Source: an uncultured Muribaculaceae bacterium (GTDB lineage: Bacteria; Bacteroidota; Bacteroidia; Bacteroidales; UBA932). Taken from it: a stretch of DNA of 64,000 nucleotides. The notes below the pieces were generated by a model, which was given only the letters and a program-made list of their open reading frames with translations, did no database searches and was not told where the DNA came from. The stretch lies in the NCBI GenBank assembly GCA_964569595.1, contig CAZMTY010000001.1:19447-83446 (forward strand), in the 5' to 3' direction. Positions 47,848-57,991 of the stretch are shown here, one piece after another (positions within the stretch are counted from its first letter, which is position 1; every line of letters begins with the position of its first letter). The position numbers were made by a program, and so were the translations under genes.

Positions 47848-48914
47848 GCTGTCTTTTCGGCAAGTCTCGTTGCCAGTTCAAGGAAGGCCAGGCCGTCCGA
47901 ACCCGAACCCATGGCGGCTGGTTCGCCGGAATCACCGCTTTCCCGTACGCTCTGCACGAGGGGAATGCGTCCCAGCAGTTCCACGCCGAACTGTTCTGCC
48001 AGTTTCGCTCCACCGTCCTTGCCGAAGATATAGTATTTCTCGTCAGGGTGCTCGGCGGGAGTGAACCAGGCCATATTCTCCACCAAACCATAGATAGGCC
48101 GGTTGATATTCTTGTTGCGGAACATGTCTATTCCCTTTTCCACATCCGCAAGGGCCACATTCTGGGGTGTAGTCACGATAATGGCCCCGCCAAGGGGAAT
48201 GTCCTGAAGCAGGCTTATGTGTATGTCGCCCGTTCCCGGAGGCATATCCACGAGGAGGAAGTCGAGTTCCCCCCATTTGACCTGGAGTATTATCTGCTTG
48301 AGCGCATTGCTGGCCATGGGGCCGCGCCATATCAGGGCCTGTCCCTTCTGGGCGAAGTAGCCTATGGACATCCATTTGACCCCGTATTTCTCAATGGGGA
48401 GAATAAGTTCCTGACCCTCGTTCTCCTCCGCAAGGGGAGTCACGCCCTCGGTGCCTGTCATGGTAGGAACCGAAGGACCGTACACGTCGGCATCCGCAAG
48501 CCCTACCTTGTAGCCCAAGCGTGCCAGAGCGCAGGCGAGATTGACGGCTACCGTGGATTTCCCCACGCCTCCCTTGCCCGAGGCTATCCCTATCAAATGC
48601 TTCACCCCGGCAATCTGGTCGAGACCCAGGTCGTTGATGTTCTGCTTGTGGGTCTTCGGGGCCTCGTCCACGACTTTCGAGCGCACCTCGGACTTTATCT
48701 CCGAAGGCAGATGACGGATTAGTGCCGCCCTGGAGCTGCCTATGAGGTATTCGGCAAGGGGGTCACGGTGGCGGGGAAATCCGAGCGTCACCACGACCTC
48801 CCCCTCATTTATCTCGATAGAGTCCACCATGCCGAGGTCCACTATATCCCTGTCCTGCTTCCCGGGGTGGCGGACTTCCCTTAGAGCTGCAAGTATTTCG
48901 TCTCTGTTTATCAT
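47844..48914 (-). CDS. apbC: Mrp/NBP35-family Fe-S cluster carrier ATPase (ApbC-like) with N-terminal DUF59
   Basis: 356 aa. IASGKGGVGKSTVAVNLA (deviant Walker A), a DMPPGTGD segment. Confidence 0.9.
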   Translation of the reverse strand: MINRDEILAALREVRHPGKQDRDIVDLGMVDSIEINEGEVVVTLGFPRHRDPLAEYLIGSSRAALIRHLPSEIKSEVRSKVVDEAPKTHKQNINDLGLDQIAGVKHLIGIASGKGGVGKSTVAVNLACALARLGYKVGLADADVYGPSVPTMTGTEGVTPLAEENEGQELILPIEKYGVKWMSIGYFAQKGQALIWRGPMASNALKQIILQVKWGELDFLLVDMPPGTGDIHISLLQDIPLGGAIIVTTPQNVALADVEKGIDMFRNKNINRPIYGLVENMAWFTPAEHPDEKYYIFGKDGGAKLAEQFGVELLGRIPLVQSVRESGDSGEPAAMGSGSDGLAFLELATRLAEKTA

Positions 48915-48998
48915 TATGAGCCAATAATTTCAGTTTTTACAAGTCCGGAAATCATCCCCTTTTAAAGATTCATTCCGGACTTTCTTCTGCACCTTCTT

Positions 48999-50984
48999 TC
49001 AGTTTCTTACGATATTCATTTCGTCGAGCAGATAGCCTGCGCCTCCGAACTTGTCCATAATCATCAGCACATAGCGTATATCCACGCAAATGCAGCGCTG
49101 GAGTTCAGGCTCGAAGAGCACATCGCTGCTCATGGCTTCCCAGTTCCCGTCGAAGGCGAGGCCTATGAGATTGCCGTCAGCATCGAGCACGGGACTGCCG
49201 GAATTGCCTCCGGTGATGTCGAGATTGGTCAGGAAACAGGTCACGAGCTCCCCGTTCTCATTGGCATACTGACCGTAATCCCCGTTGTAGTAGATTTCCT
49301 TGAGCCTGTCAGGCACGCGGAACTCGTAATTCCCGGGCTGTTCCTTCTCTATCACGCCCTTGAGGGTGGTGTAGTACTTGTAAATGACCCCGTCCTTGGG
49401 TTCATATCCTTTCACGTTTCCGTAGGTCACGCGGCAGGTCATGTTGGCATCCGGATAGCTCGGCGTGTCGGAATCCCATTCGAGCAGGGCTGCCGCGTAG
49501 GTCTTCGTGGGTTCCTTGAGGGCATCATCGGCATCGCTTGTAACCGAATAGAACTCCATAGCCTTGCCGGCAATTTCGATGTAGAGCTTCATTGCCGGGT
49601 CCTGGCTGAGGTCCTTGCCCTCCTCTATGGCCCGGGCAAGTTTCTCCTCGGAAGTGTAGTAACTTTCCCTGAACATTTCCTCTATCCTGAGGGAATCCAC
49701 GTCTATTCTGTCGGCCGGCTCCACGTTCTTGAGGTAATGGTCCACAAGGGCAAGGGCAACCTCCCTGTCGAGTTCGGCGTTATAGTTGGCGTAGTCCCTG
49801 TTCTCATTCCGGGACATGTTGACGAGTTCGATACGCAGCAGGGTCTCGCTCAGCAGGGTAAAGGACTTCTGTGCCGGGAGACTGGCCTCCTTGATGGCCT
49901 CTATGGCCTGGATTGCGCCGCCATACTTCTTCGTGCGGCTCCTTTTCTCCGAAATCCAGGTCTCGAGTCCAGTCTCTTTCTCAAGCTGGCGCCCTATCAC
50001 ATCGAGTTTGTCGAAGGCTTCCTTCATGCCTATCCACTTCTTCCAGCCGTTGGAGGAATTTGCGTACTTATTGGCGTACTGCAGGCTGATTTTCTCATCG
50101 GCACGCATGGCTTTACGCAGCACGTCCTGACGTATTCCGCGGGCAGCAATCCTGATGTCGTTGGTCTCGAGCATGGCTTCGAGCTGGGCGGCGGTCTGAT
50201 AGCGCTGGGTGTAGCCCGGGTAGCCCATAATCAAGGCGAAATCCCCCTCCTGCACGCCTGCGAGCGAGATGCTCAGGAACTGGCGGGGCTCAAAGGGCAC
50301 ATTGTCCTCGGAATAGTCGGCCGGTTCATTGTCGGGCCCGGCATAGACGCGGAACATGGAGAAATCGCAGGTATGGCGGGGCCACATCCAGTTGTCCGTA
50401 TCCCCTCCGAACTTGCCGAGGGCAGCGGGAGGTGCTCCCACGAAGCGCACGTCCCTGTATATCTTGTACACCACGAGATAATGGACATTCTCGTTGAAGA
50501 AGCTGACTATCTGCGCGGAACAGTTGGGGTTCTCCTTTTCGGCCGCCTCGATGAGGGCCTTCTCCGCCTTTTCGTTCTTTACCTTTCCGCTCACATCCGT
50601 CATTGATTGCAGGAACTTGACGGTGAGTCCGGGCACGGGCAGCTCCTCCTCCCGGTTCATGGCCCAGTAACCGTCCTCCAGATAGTTGTGATCTTCGGTC
50701 GAGAGAGCCTGTATGCTCGCATATCCGCAGTGGTGATTCGTGACGAGCAGACCGCTCCCGGAAATGATTTCACCGGTACATCCGCCTCCGAACTGCACTA
50801 TGGCGTCCTTGATCGAGGAGTTGTTCACGCTGTATATCTGTTCGGGAGTGAGCCTCGAGCCGAGATTGCTCATGGCGTCGCTGTTGATTTTCTCGAGCAG
50901 TGGCAGGAGCCACATACCCTCGTCGGCCTTCATGACCGGGGTGAGCAGCATTACGGCTGCAAGGGAAACGAAGAATCTTTTCAT
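48999..50984 (-). CDS. S46 family dipeptidyl-peptidase (DPP7/DPP11-like)
   Basis: 661 aa. Signal peptide then DEGMWLLP, catalytic TNHHCGY (His) and [11 protein letters not shown] (Ser). Confidence 0.9.
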   Translation of the reverse strand: MKRFFVSLAAVMLLTPVMKADEGMWLLPLLEKINSDAMSNLGSRLTPEQIYSVNNSSIKDAIVQFGGGCTGEIISGSGLLVTNHHCGYASIQALSTEDHNYLEDGYWAMNREEELPVPGLTVKFLQSMTDVSGKVKNEKAEKALIEAAEKENPNCSAQIVSFFNENVHYLVVYKIYRDVRFVGAPPAALGKFGGDTDNWMWPRHTCDFSMFRVYAGPDNEPADYSEDNVPFEPRQFLSISLAGVQEGDFALIMGYPGYTQRYQTAAQLEAMLETNDIRIAARGIRQDVLRKAMRADEKISLQYANKYANSSNGWKKWIGMKEAFDKLDVIGRQLEKETGLETWISEKRSRTKKYGGAIQAIEAIKEASLPAQKSFTLLSETLLRIELVNMSRNENRDYANYNAELDREVALALVDHYLKNVEPADRIDVDSLRIEEMFRESYYTSEEKLARAIEEGKDLSQDPAMKLYIEIAGKAMEFYSVTSDADDALKEPTKTYAAALLEWDSDTPSYPDANMTCRVTYGNVKGYEPKDGVIYKYYTTLKGVIEKEQPGNYEFRVPDRLKEIYYNGDYGQYANENGELVTCFLTNLDITGGNSGSPVLDADGNLIGLAFDGNWEAMSSDVLFEPELQRCICVDIRYVLMIMDKFGGAGYLLDEMNIVRN

Positions 50985-51598
50985 ATATCGAACAATGTTG
51001 GTTCAAGTTCTTTTGGCCGGAACGTCCTCCTGTGTTCCGGGGTCAGTCCGAGTCTGCGTATGGCGTCAATGTGTTCTTTGGTGGGATAGCCCATGTTATG
51101 CTCCCAGCCGTAACCGGGATATTCGAGGGCAAGCTGCCGCATATAACTGTCGCGCGCGGTCTTGGCGAGTACCGACGCGGCCGCAATGCTGGCGTAGGTG
51201 GCATCGCCGTGTACGACGGTGGCGTAGGGTATGCCGTTGAAAGCCGTGAAACGGTTGCCGTCCACGAGCAGGAATTCAGGCTTCAGTCTGAGCCCTCCGA
51301 GCGCCCTGTGCATGGCGGTAATGGATGCCCGGAGTATGTTGAGTCCGTCGATTTCCGCCGCGCTGACTGAGGCCACCGCCCACGCAAGCGCTTCCTTCTC
51401 GATTACGGAGCGCAGAAGTTCGCGGGCTTTCCGGCTCATCTTCTTGGAGTCGTCGAGCAGAGGGTGGCTGAATCCTTCGGGGAGAATCACGGCGGCCGCG
51501 AACACCGGTCCTGCAAGCGGGCCGCGTCCGGCTTCATCGCATCCGGCCTCCACGAGCCCGGGATTCATGAAGGCTGACAGGTGGCTTTCATGTGGCAT
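50981..51598 (-). CDS. rnhB: ribonuclease HII
   Basis: [14 protein letters not shown] catalytic motif. The track start 51607 is TTG, so I prefer ATG 51596-51598 (MPHESH..). An ATG further in (MNPGLVEAG) is also possible. Confidence 0.9.
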   Translation of the reverse strand: MPHESHLSAFMNPGLVEAGCDEAGRGPLAGPVFAAAVILPEGFSHPLLDDSKKMSRKARELLRSVIEKEALAWAVASVSAAEIDGLNILRASITAMHRALGGLRLKPEFLLVDGNRFTAFNGIPYATVVHGDATYASIAAASVLAKTARDSYMRQLALEYPGYGWEHNMGYPTKEHIDAIRRLGLTPEHRRTFRPKELEPTLFDI

Positions 51599-51609
51599 AA
51601 GCCACAAAA

Positions 51610-52014
51610 TTAGTCATTTTTGCGAAGTTGATTCAACAGAAATTTATTGGTTTCAGTAAGGGAGCTGACGAGACCCTCGTACTTTTTCAGAACATTTTCC
51701 AAAGAACTGATTTTCTCGCGCAACTGGCCGAGCCTGTCTTCGTAGTCGTTGACGATAGCCCTTGTTCTCTCTTTCTCGTCCCTCCTTTTCTCCTCGAGCA
51801 GGCTTTCTTCCCGTCCGCCAAGCACGTCCTTGGGGTCGACACCGAAGTGATCAACGATTTTCATCAAAGTTTTGCAGTAAAGATTGGTCTTTCCGGTCTC
51901 GAAATTGATATAGGTTGTCCGCCCGATGCCGAGTTCATAAGCCATGTCCGCCTGGGACAGACCAAGTCTCTCCCTGAAGCTGCGGATATTGGCGTATGTA
52001 TTGTCTTGGCTCAT
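51610..52014 (-). CDS. XRE-family helix-turn-helix transcriptional regulator with C-terminal coiled coil
   Basis: 134 aa. [33 protein letters not shown] is an HTH_3 motif. The C-terminal 60 aa are heptad-like and charged ([23 protein letters not shown]). It ends 11 nt before the preferred rnhB ATG (51598). Confidence 0.75.
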   Translation of the reverse strand: MSQDNTYANIRSFRERLGLSQADMAYELGIGRTTYINFETGKTNLYCKTLMKIVDHFGVDPKDVLGGREESLLEEKRRDEKERTRAIVNDYEDRLGQLREKISSLENVLKKYEGLVSSLTETNKFLLNQLRKND

Positions 52015-52216
52015 CCTTTGTTCGGCTCGTCCCGAGCGGTAAAACTATAAATAGAAGGGATTACAGCCGGTATCGTTTTTCTGTACTGTGTTCATAAAAA
52101 TGATACAAAAGACATAAGAAAAAGAAAATATTTACTTCAAACTTTTCAAAAGATGTCAATCGGTATTGTTTATATGAACAGGGAACGACAATTTTGACAA
52201 TGAAAAATCCAGAGTT

Positions 52217-52420
52217 ATGGAGAAGCTTTTTAGCGTTTACGCTGAATTTGAGAAAATGGTAGTTGAGGACAGGATTTACGAGGACGACACCGTGGATTTC
52301 GCTTCCATCTGCGGTGCGCTTGGTGTAAGTCCCGAGGAACTCGACAAGTTGCTCGTCGAGGAGCTGGGATATACGGGAGAGGAGTATCTCGCGGAGTTGC
52401 GCCGTGATTGCGTCCTGTAG
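52217..52420 (+). CDS. 67-aa highly acidic protein (possible single AraC-like HTH repeat); hypothetical
   Basis: ATG start, divergent from the XRE gene and 90 nt upstream of the EF-G paralog. ICGALGVSPEELDKLLVEELGYTGEEYLAELR resembles one HTH_18 repeat. No other support. Confidence 0.4.
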   Translation: MEKLFSVYAEFEKMVVEDRIYEDDTVDFASICGALGVSPEELDKLLVEELGYTGEEYLAELRRDCVL

Positions 52421-52510
52421 CCCTTGATATTGGTATTTATTTTATTAGTTTTGCAAGACTTGCCTTTTCGGCAGGAAAGCGAAGAAAACTAAGTTATATA
52501 ACCAATAGCG

Positions 52511-54625
52511 ATGAAAGAATATACAACCAAAGAAATCCGCAACGTGGTCCTTCTCGGTGCAACGAAGTCCGGCAAGACCACGTTGTCTGAAGCCATGCTC
52601 TTCGAGGGCAAGGTAATTGACAGACGAGGCAGCATTGAGGAGAAGAATACGGTATCCGACAATTCGGAACTCGAAAAACTCAATCAGCGCTCCATTTACG
52701 CAACCCCTCTCTATGCCGAGTTCCTCGGTGCAAAGGTGAATGTTATCGACGCTCCCGGTTCCGATGACTTCATAGGAGGCACCTATTCGGCAATGAAGGT
52801 ATGCGAAAGCGGGGTGCTTGTCATCAATGCCCAGCATGGCGTGGAAGTGGGGACAGAGAATGTCCTTCGCCTGGCGGAGAGCAAGAATTTCCCTTTGGTA
52901 CTGGCCGTCAACCAGCTTGATACCGACAAGGCGGACTGGGATGCGGTGCAGGCCTCTATCAATGAAGCAGTAGGACAGAAAGCTGTCTATATCCAGTTCC
53001 CCGTGAATCCCGGCACCTCATTCGACGGTTTCGTGGATGTCTTGATGATGAAGTACTACCACTTCAAGGATGCCAACGGAACGAGGGAGGACCTCGAGAT
53101 TCCCGCCGAGTTGCGTGACCAGGCAGAGGAACTGCGCCAGAAACTCATCGAGAAGGCAGCCGAGTACGACGATACCCTCATGGAGAAGTTCTTCGAGACC
53201 GGAGACCTCACTGAGGACGAAATACGCAAGGGTCTGAACCTTGGAATAATTGCCGGAGAGGCATATCCCGTTTTCTGCGTAAGCGCGAAGAAGGACATAG
53301 GCACCAAGCGTCTGCTTGAGTTCACCAAGAACGTGGTTCCCGCCCCTTCATGCGATCCCGCAGGCCCTGCCTCCCTGTTCATCTACAAGAACGACGTTGA
53401 GGCACATCTTGGGGAAGTGTCTTTCTTCAAGGTTATGAGCGGCTCTATCACCGCCGGAATGGACCTCGAAGACCCCGTTACGGGCAACAAGGAGCGCCTT
53501 TCAGCCCTGTACGCGGTTGCCGGCCTGAAGAAGGAGCCCGTCAGCGTGCTCAATGCCGGAGACCTCGGATGTACTGTGAAGCTCAAGAACGGAAAGAGCA
53601 ACACCACGCTGTCACTCCCCGGCTCGGGACAGGCATGGGACAAGATAGTGTACCCGGAGCCCAAGTACCGTTGCGCAATCAAGGCCAAGGTGCAGCAGGA
53701 CGAGCAGAAACTCGGCGACGCCCTCAAGAAGATTTCCTCACAGGATCCTACCGTGGTGGTGGAATATTCCAAGGAACTGCGCCAGACCATACTCAGCGGC
53801 AACGGCGAGCAGCATATCAATATAGTGAAGTGGAGACTCAACAACGAGTACAAGCTCGAAGTGGAACTCTTCGCACCCAAGATTCCTTATCGTGAGACCA
53901 TTACCAAAATGGCCACCGCCACCTACCGCCACAAGAAGCAGTCTGGAGGCGCCGGACAGTTCGGAGAGGTTACGATGCTGATTTGCCCTTACGAGGAAGG
54001 AACCGAGGCTCCCAGGACTTTCAAGATAAGCGGCAAGGAGCAGGCCATGAATATCAAGACCCAGGAGTCCTACGACCTCGAATGGGGCGGAAAATTAGAG
54101 TTCTACAACTGCGTGGTCGGTGGTGCTATCGATGCGAGGTTTATGCCCGCAATTCTCAAGGGTATCAATGAGAAGATGACGGAAGGACCGCTTACCGGTT
54201 CATACGCCCGCGATATACGCGTGTATGTATATGACGGAAAGATGCACCCCGTGGATTCCAATGAAATCTCCTTCGTGCTCGCGGCCCGCAATGCCTTCAA
54301 GGAGGCTTTCCGCAATGCAGGACCCAAGATTATGGAGCCTATATACAATGTCGAGGTTATGACTCCGGCGGAGTATCAGGGAGCGGTTATGTCCGACCTG
54401 CAGAACCGTCGCGGAATACTCGGCGACCTTGGGGCAGACAAGGGATTCTCAGTGCTTAAGGCCCGTGTTCCCCTTGCGGAACTCTACCGCTATTCAACCG
54501 CGCTGAGTTCGCTGACTTCAGGTTCCGCTACTTTCACGATGGCGTTCGCTGATTACCAGCCCGTTCCTGCTGACGTACAGACCAAGCTTCTGGAGGCTTA
54601 CGCCGCTGCCGAGGGGACTGAATAA
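52511..54625 (+). CDS. elongation factor G paralog with degenerate GTPase motifs (EF-G2 type)
   Basis: 704 aa, colinear with EF-G through domains I-V. G1 is GATKSGKTT, G3 is DAPGSDDF (Ser84, codon 52760-62, replaces the catalytic His) and G4 is NQLD. The canonical fusA at 55344..57458 has [17 protein letters not shown] and NKMD. Confidence 0.8.
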   Translation: MKEYTTKEIRNVVLLGATKSGKTTLSEAMLFEGKVIDRRGSIEEKNTVSDNSELEKLNQRSIYATPLYAEFLGAKVNVIDAPGSDDFIGGTYSAMKVCESGVLVINAQHGVEVGTENVLRLAESKNFPLVLAVNQLDTDKADWDAVQASINEAVGQKAVYIQFPVNPGTSFDGFVDVLMMKYYHFKDANGTREDLEIPAELRDQAEELRQKLIEKAAEYDDTLMEKFFETGDLTEDEIRKGLNLGIIAGEAYPVFCVSAKKDIGTKRLLEFTKNVVPAPSCDPAGPASLFIYKNDVEAHLGEVSFFKVMSGSITAGMDLEDPVTGNKERLSALYAVAGLKKEPVSVLNAGDLGCTVKLKNGKSNTTLSLPGSGQAWDKIVYPEPKYRCAIKAKVQQDEQKLGDALKKISSQDPTVVVEYSKELRQTILSGNGEQHINIVKWRLNNEYKLEVELFAPKIPYRETITKMATATYRHKKQSGGAGQFGEVTMLICPYEEGTEAPRTFKISGKEQAMNIKTQESYDLEWGGKLEFYNCVVGGAIDARFMPAILKGINEKMTEGPLTGSYARDIRVYVYDGKMHPVDSNEISFVLAARNAFKEAFRNAGPKIMEPIYNVEVMTPAEYQGAVMSDLQNRRGILGDLGADKGFSVLKARVPLAELYRYSTALSSLTSGSATFTMAFADYQPVPADVQTKLLEAYAAAEGTE

Positions 54626-54652
54626 GTGTGAATAAATAAAGTGTTTTCATGG

Positions 54653-54689
54653 GAGGGTGGCCCGAGTTTGGGTCGCCCTCAGTTCTTTT
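54653..54689 (+). terminator. rho-independent terminator of the EF-G paralog
   Basis: GAGGGTGGC (54653-61) pairs with GTCGCCCTC (54672-80), including two G-U pairs, then AGTTCTTTT. Confidence 0.65.
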
Positions 54690-54778
54690 GTCCAAGCCCC
54701 CCCGCGTGCCCGTCAGGGGATTTTGTGCCTGCCCCGATTTTTCTCGTGATTTCTCTCCCTTGGTGAGCATTTGACGCC

Positions 54779-54855
54779 TTAAACCCAATGGGTCGTTAGA
54801 ATACTCTGTTTTCGTAGTCTTGCTTGTAAAACATTGAAAACAAGTCATTACATGT
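54779..54855 (+). repeat. half copy (left arm only) of the nested-palindrome repeat
   Basis: ttaaacccaatgggtcgttagaatactctgttttcgtagtcttgcttgtaaaacattgaaaac aligns with the left arm of copy 1 (11237-). The right arm is absent. Confidence 0.7.
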
Positions 54856-54860
54856 TTTTA

Positions 54861-54904
54861 GAAAAAAAACTTAGGGGCGCCCAAAAGTAACTTTTGGACA
54901 CCCC
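54861..54904 (-). terminator. rho-independent terminator after tRNA(CAU), ending the str transcription unit
   Basis: On the minus strand: GGGGTGTCCAAAAGTTACTTTTGGGCGCCCC hairpin (54874-54904), then TAAGTTTTTTTTC. Confidence 0.8.
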
Positions 54905-54912
54905 TTCGAATG

Positions 54913-54986
54913 TGGTCCCTGTAGGGCTTGAACCTACGACTCCCTGATTATGAGTCAGGTGCTCTAACCAACTGAGCTAAGGGACC
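54913..54986 (-). tRNA. tRNA with CAU anticodon; resembles tRNA-Ile2 (lysidine) more than initiator; elongator Met not excluded
   Basis: 74-nt cloverleaf: GGTCCCT-TA-GCTC-AGTTGGTTA-GAGC-A-CCTGA-CTCATAA-TCAGG-GAGTC-GTAGG-TTCAAGC-CCTAC-AGGGACC-A. It has a 1:72 G-C pair and lacks the three G-C anticodon-stem pairs, so it is not an initiator. C4-G69/C5-G68 and overall similarity match E. coli ileX. CCA is not encoded. Confidence 0.9.
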
Positions 54987-55012
54987 TTAGGCGGCCTTGA
55001 TACCGCCCGATA

Positions 55013-55318
55013 TCACACTTTGATTCCCACTTCGACTCCGGAAGGAAGCTCAAGCTTCATCAGGGCATCAATCGTCTTTGCGTTTGAATCCTCGATGTCG
55101 AGCAACCTGCGGTAGGAATCAAGCTCGAACTGCTCGCGTGACTTCTTGTTTACGAAAGTCGAGCGGTTCACCGTGAAAATCTTCTTGTTGGTAGGAAGGG
55201 GAATGGGTCCGTTCACCTTCGCACCGGTAGACTTCACTGTCTCAACGATCTTGCTGGCGGACTTGTCCACGAGCATGTGGTCGAAAGACTTGAGTTTAAT
55301 TCTTATTCTCTGTCTCAT
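55013..55318 (-). CDS. rpsJ: 30S ribosomal protein S10
   Basis: 101 aa. [14 protein letters not shown]...RLLDI pattern of S10. Confidence 0.95.
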   Translation of the reverse strand: MRQRIRIKLKSFDHMLVDKSASKIVETVKSTGAKVNGPIPLPTNKKIFTVNRSTFVNKKSREQFELDSYRRLLDIEDSNAKTIDALMKLELPSGVEVGIKV

Positions 55319-55343
55319 ATCAGTTATTTTTCTATTCTTTTAA

Positions 55344-57458
55344 CTATTCGTCCTCAGGAACCTTGTATCCGCTCTTCTCGATGATGTCTTTTGCCATTGT
55401 GGCAGGAACTTCGGCATAGTGGTCGAACGACATCGTACTCGTGGCGCGTCCTGATGACAGGGTGCGGAGGACAGTGACATAACCGAACTGCTCTGAAAGC
55501 GGAACGTAAGCCTTGACTATCCTTGCTCCGTTGGCCGTGGAATCCATAGCAATAATCTGGCCACGACGACGGTTAAGGTCACCGACAATGTCTCCCATGT
55601 AATCTTCCGGAGTAACAACCTCGAGATTCATGATAGGCTCGAGAAGTACGGGGTGACACTTGGGGCAGGCGTGGCGGAAAGCCATGCGGGCGGCAAGTTC
55701 GAATGAGAGCTGGTCGGAATCCACAGGGTGGAAGGAACCGTCGATGAGAGTAACCTTGAGTGAAGGAACCTCGTAACCTGCGAGCACACCGTTGGCCATT
55801 GCTGCCTCGAAGCCCTTCTGCACGCTGGGAACATATTCCTTGGGCACATTTCCGCCCTTGACGATGTTCTCGAACTGCAGGCCCTGAACTCCCTCGTCGG
55901 CAGGTCCGATTTCGACGATAATGTCGGCGAACTTACCGCGACCGCCAGTCTGCTTCTTGAAGACTTCACGGTGCTGGAAGCTGGAAGTAATGGCTTCCTT
56001 GTAGTTAACCTGAGGTGCTCCCTGGTTGATTTCGACTCCGAATTCACGACGCAGACGGTCCACGATAATGTCGAGGTGGAGCTCACCCATACCGCTGATG
56101 ACGGTCTGGCCGGTATCATGGTCGGTCTTGACAGTGAAAGTCGGGTCCTCCTCCGCCAGTTTGGACAGAGCTATTCCGAGTTTGTCAAGGTCTTTCTGGG
56201 TCTTGGGCTCCACTGCGATTCCGATAACGGGATCGGGGAACTCCATGGACTCAAGGGCAAGGTTGCTTCCTTCGGCACAGATAGTATCTCCGGTGCGCAG
56301 GTCCTTGAAACCTACAGCCGCGCATATATCTCCGGCCTCAACGAACTCTATGGGGTTCTGATGATTGGAGTGCATCTGATACAGACGCGCAACCCTTTCC
56401 TTCTTGCCGGATCTCGAGTTGAACACATAGGTGCCGGCATCGAGATGTCCCGAATATACCCTGGCGTAAGCCAGACGTCCCACGAAGGGGTCGGTAGCAA
56501 TCTTGAATACGAGAGCGCTGAAAGGCTCGGTGGCGGAAGGTTTCAGGCCGACCTCAACGTCCTTGCTGAGGTCCTTGGCCGTAGTCTCGCCGATGTCAAG
56601 GGGTGAAGGCAGGAACCTCATCACCGCATCGAGAAGGAACTGCACGCCCTTGTTCTTGAAGGAAGAACCGCAGCAGGCGGGAACTATCTGCATGGAGATG
56701 GTGCCTTTGCGCAGGGCAACGATGATTTCCTCTTCGGTGATTGATTCAGGATCCTCGAAATATTTGTCCATAAGGGCGTCGTCGCACTCGGCGGCTGCCT
56801 CTACAAGCTTGTCTCTCCAGAGCGAAACGGCATCCTGCATGTCGGCGGGGACGTCCTTGATTTCGTAATTGACCAGTTCCTCGCCGGAATCGTAGTAGAT
56901 TGCCTTTTTGGAAATCAGGTCAACTATTCCCTGGAATTTCTCCTCCGCACCTATGGGCAGGCAGAGGGGAACTGCTGTGGCTCCGAGCTTGGTCTTGATT
57001 TCCTCTACACAGGCAAGGAAATCAGCACCCACACGGTCCATCTTGTTTACATAGGCTATCTTAGGGACATGGTACTTGTCAGCCTGGCGCCACACAGTCT
57101 CTGACTGGGGCTGTACGCGGCCGACGGCACAGAAAGTGGCAATTGTTCCGTCAAGGACACGAAGAGAACGCTCTACCTCCACGGTGAAATCCACGTGACC
57201 CGGAGTGTCAATCAGGTTAATCTGATAGGTGTTTCCGTTGTAGCGCCAAAAAGCGGTAGTGGCGGCAGATGTGATGGTAATACCCCTCTCCTGCTCCTGA
57301 ACCATCCAGTCCATGGTAGCCGCACCCTCATGTACTTCACCGATTTTGTGAGTCTTTCCGGTGTAGTAGAGGATACGTTCGGAAGTGGTGGTCTTACCGG
57401 CATCGATGTGAGCCATGATGCCGATGTTTCTCGTGTACTTTAAATCTCTTTTTGACAT
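55344..57458 (-). CDS. fusA: elongation factor G (canonical)
   Basis: 704 aa. [45 protein letters not shown]. Positioned between rpsG and rpsJ. Confidence 0.95.
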   Translation of the reverse strand: MSKRDLKYTRNIGIMAHIDAGKTTTSERILYYTGKTHKIGEVHEGAATMDWMVQEQERGITITSAATTAFWRYNGNTYQINLIDTPGHVDFTVEVERSLRVLDGTIATFCAVGRVQPQSETVWRQADKYHVPKIAYVNKMDRVGADFLACVEEIKTKLGATAVPLCLPIGAEEKFQGIVDLISKKAIYYDSGEELVNYEIKDVPADMQDAVSLWRDKLVEAAAECDDALMDKYFEDPESITEEEIIVALRKGTISMQIVPACCGSSFKNKGVQFLLDAVMRFLPSPLDIGETTAKDLSKDVEVGLKPSATEPFSALVFKIATDPFVGRLAYARVYSGHLDAGTYVFNSRSGKKERVARLYQMHSNHQNPIEFVEAGDICAAVGFKDLRTGDTICAEGSNLALESMEFPDPVIGIAVEPKTQKDLDKLGIALSKLAEEDPTFTVKTDHDTGQTVISGMGELHLDIIVDRLRREFGVEINQGAPQVNYKEAITSSFQHREVFKKQTGGRGKFADIIVEIGPADEGVQGLQFENIVKGGNVPKEYVPSVQKGFEAAMANGVLAGYEVPSLKVTLIDGSFHPVDSDQLSFELAARMAFRHACPKCHPVLLEPIMNLEVVTPEDYMGDIVGDLNRRRGQIIAMDSTANGARIVKAYVPLSEQFGYVTVLRTLSSGRATSTMSFDHYAEVPATMAKDIIEKSGYKVPEDE

Positions 57459-57471
57459 CCTCAGAAATTAA

Positions 57472-57948
57472 CTAAAAACGGAAGTGCGCGAATGCCTTGT
57501 TCGCTTCAGCCATCTTGTGCATGTCCTCCTTGCGCTTGAATGCGCCGCCTTCGTTGTTGTAAGCGGCAATAATTTCGGCGCAAAGTTTTTCTGCCATGGA
57601 GTGTCCTGAGCGCTTGCGGGCGAAATTAATCATGTTCTTCATCGAGAGTGAAATCTTTCTTTCCGGGCGCAACTCCGTAGGCACCTGGAAGTTGGCACCA
57701 CCGATACGGCGTGACTTCACCTCAATCTGGGGGGTCACGTTCTCGAGAGCCTTCCTCCAAATATCGAGAGGAGCCTTGTCAGAATCTTTCATCTTCTCGC
57801 CTACCAAATCAATGGCATCGTAAAAAATAGAATAAGCGATACTCTTCTTTCCCTTCAACATAAGATTGTTCACAAAACGCGTTACCTGCGTATCGTGATA
57901 CTTGGGGTCAGGAAGTAGAATCCTCTTCTTAGGCTTTGCTTTTCTCAT
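57472..57948 (-). CDS. rpsG: 30S ribosomal protein S7
   Basis: 158 aa. [26 protein letters not shown]... is S7-like. Confidence 0.95.
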   Translation of the reverse strand: MRKAKPKKRILLPDPKYHDTQVTRFVNNLMLKGKKSIAYSIFYDAIDLVGEKMKDSDKAPLDIWRKALENVTPQIEVKSRRIGGANFQVPTELRPERKISLSMKNMINFARKRSGHSMAEKLCAEIIAAYNNEGGAFKRKEDMHKMAEANKAFAHFRF

Positions 57949-57991
57949 TTGTTAATAAAAATTAAAAGGTTTTAACCATCCAGCGGGGCAA

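Noticed and set aside
51610-52420. The XRE regulator plus adjacent small ORF, considered as a toxin-antitoxin or phage-immunity module.
   Set aside because: The genes are divergent rather than co-directional. The small protein is acidic with an HTH-like segment and shows no toxin fold features. There are no phage, integrase or defence genes nearby. It is kept only as a low-key regulatory hypothesis.
54779-54986. The tRNA next to a truncated repeat, considered as an integration hotspot for a genomic island.
   Set aside because: There is no integrase, no direct repeat of the tRNA 3' end, and the flanking genes are core translation genes. A rearrangement breakpoint is the more economical reading.
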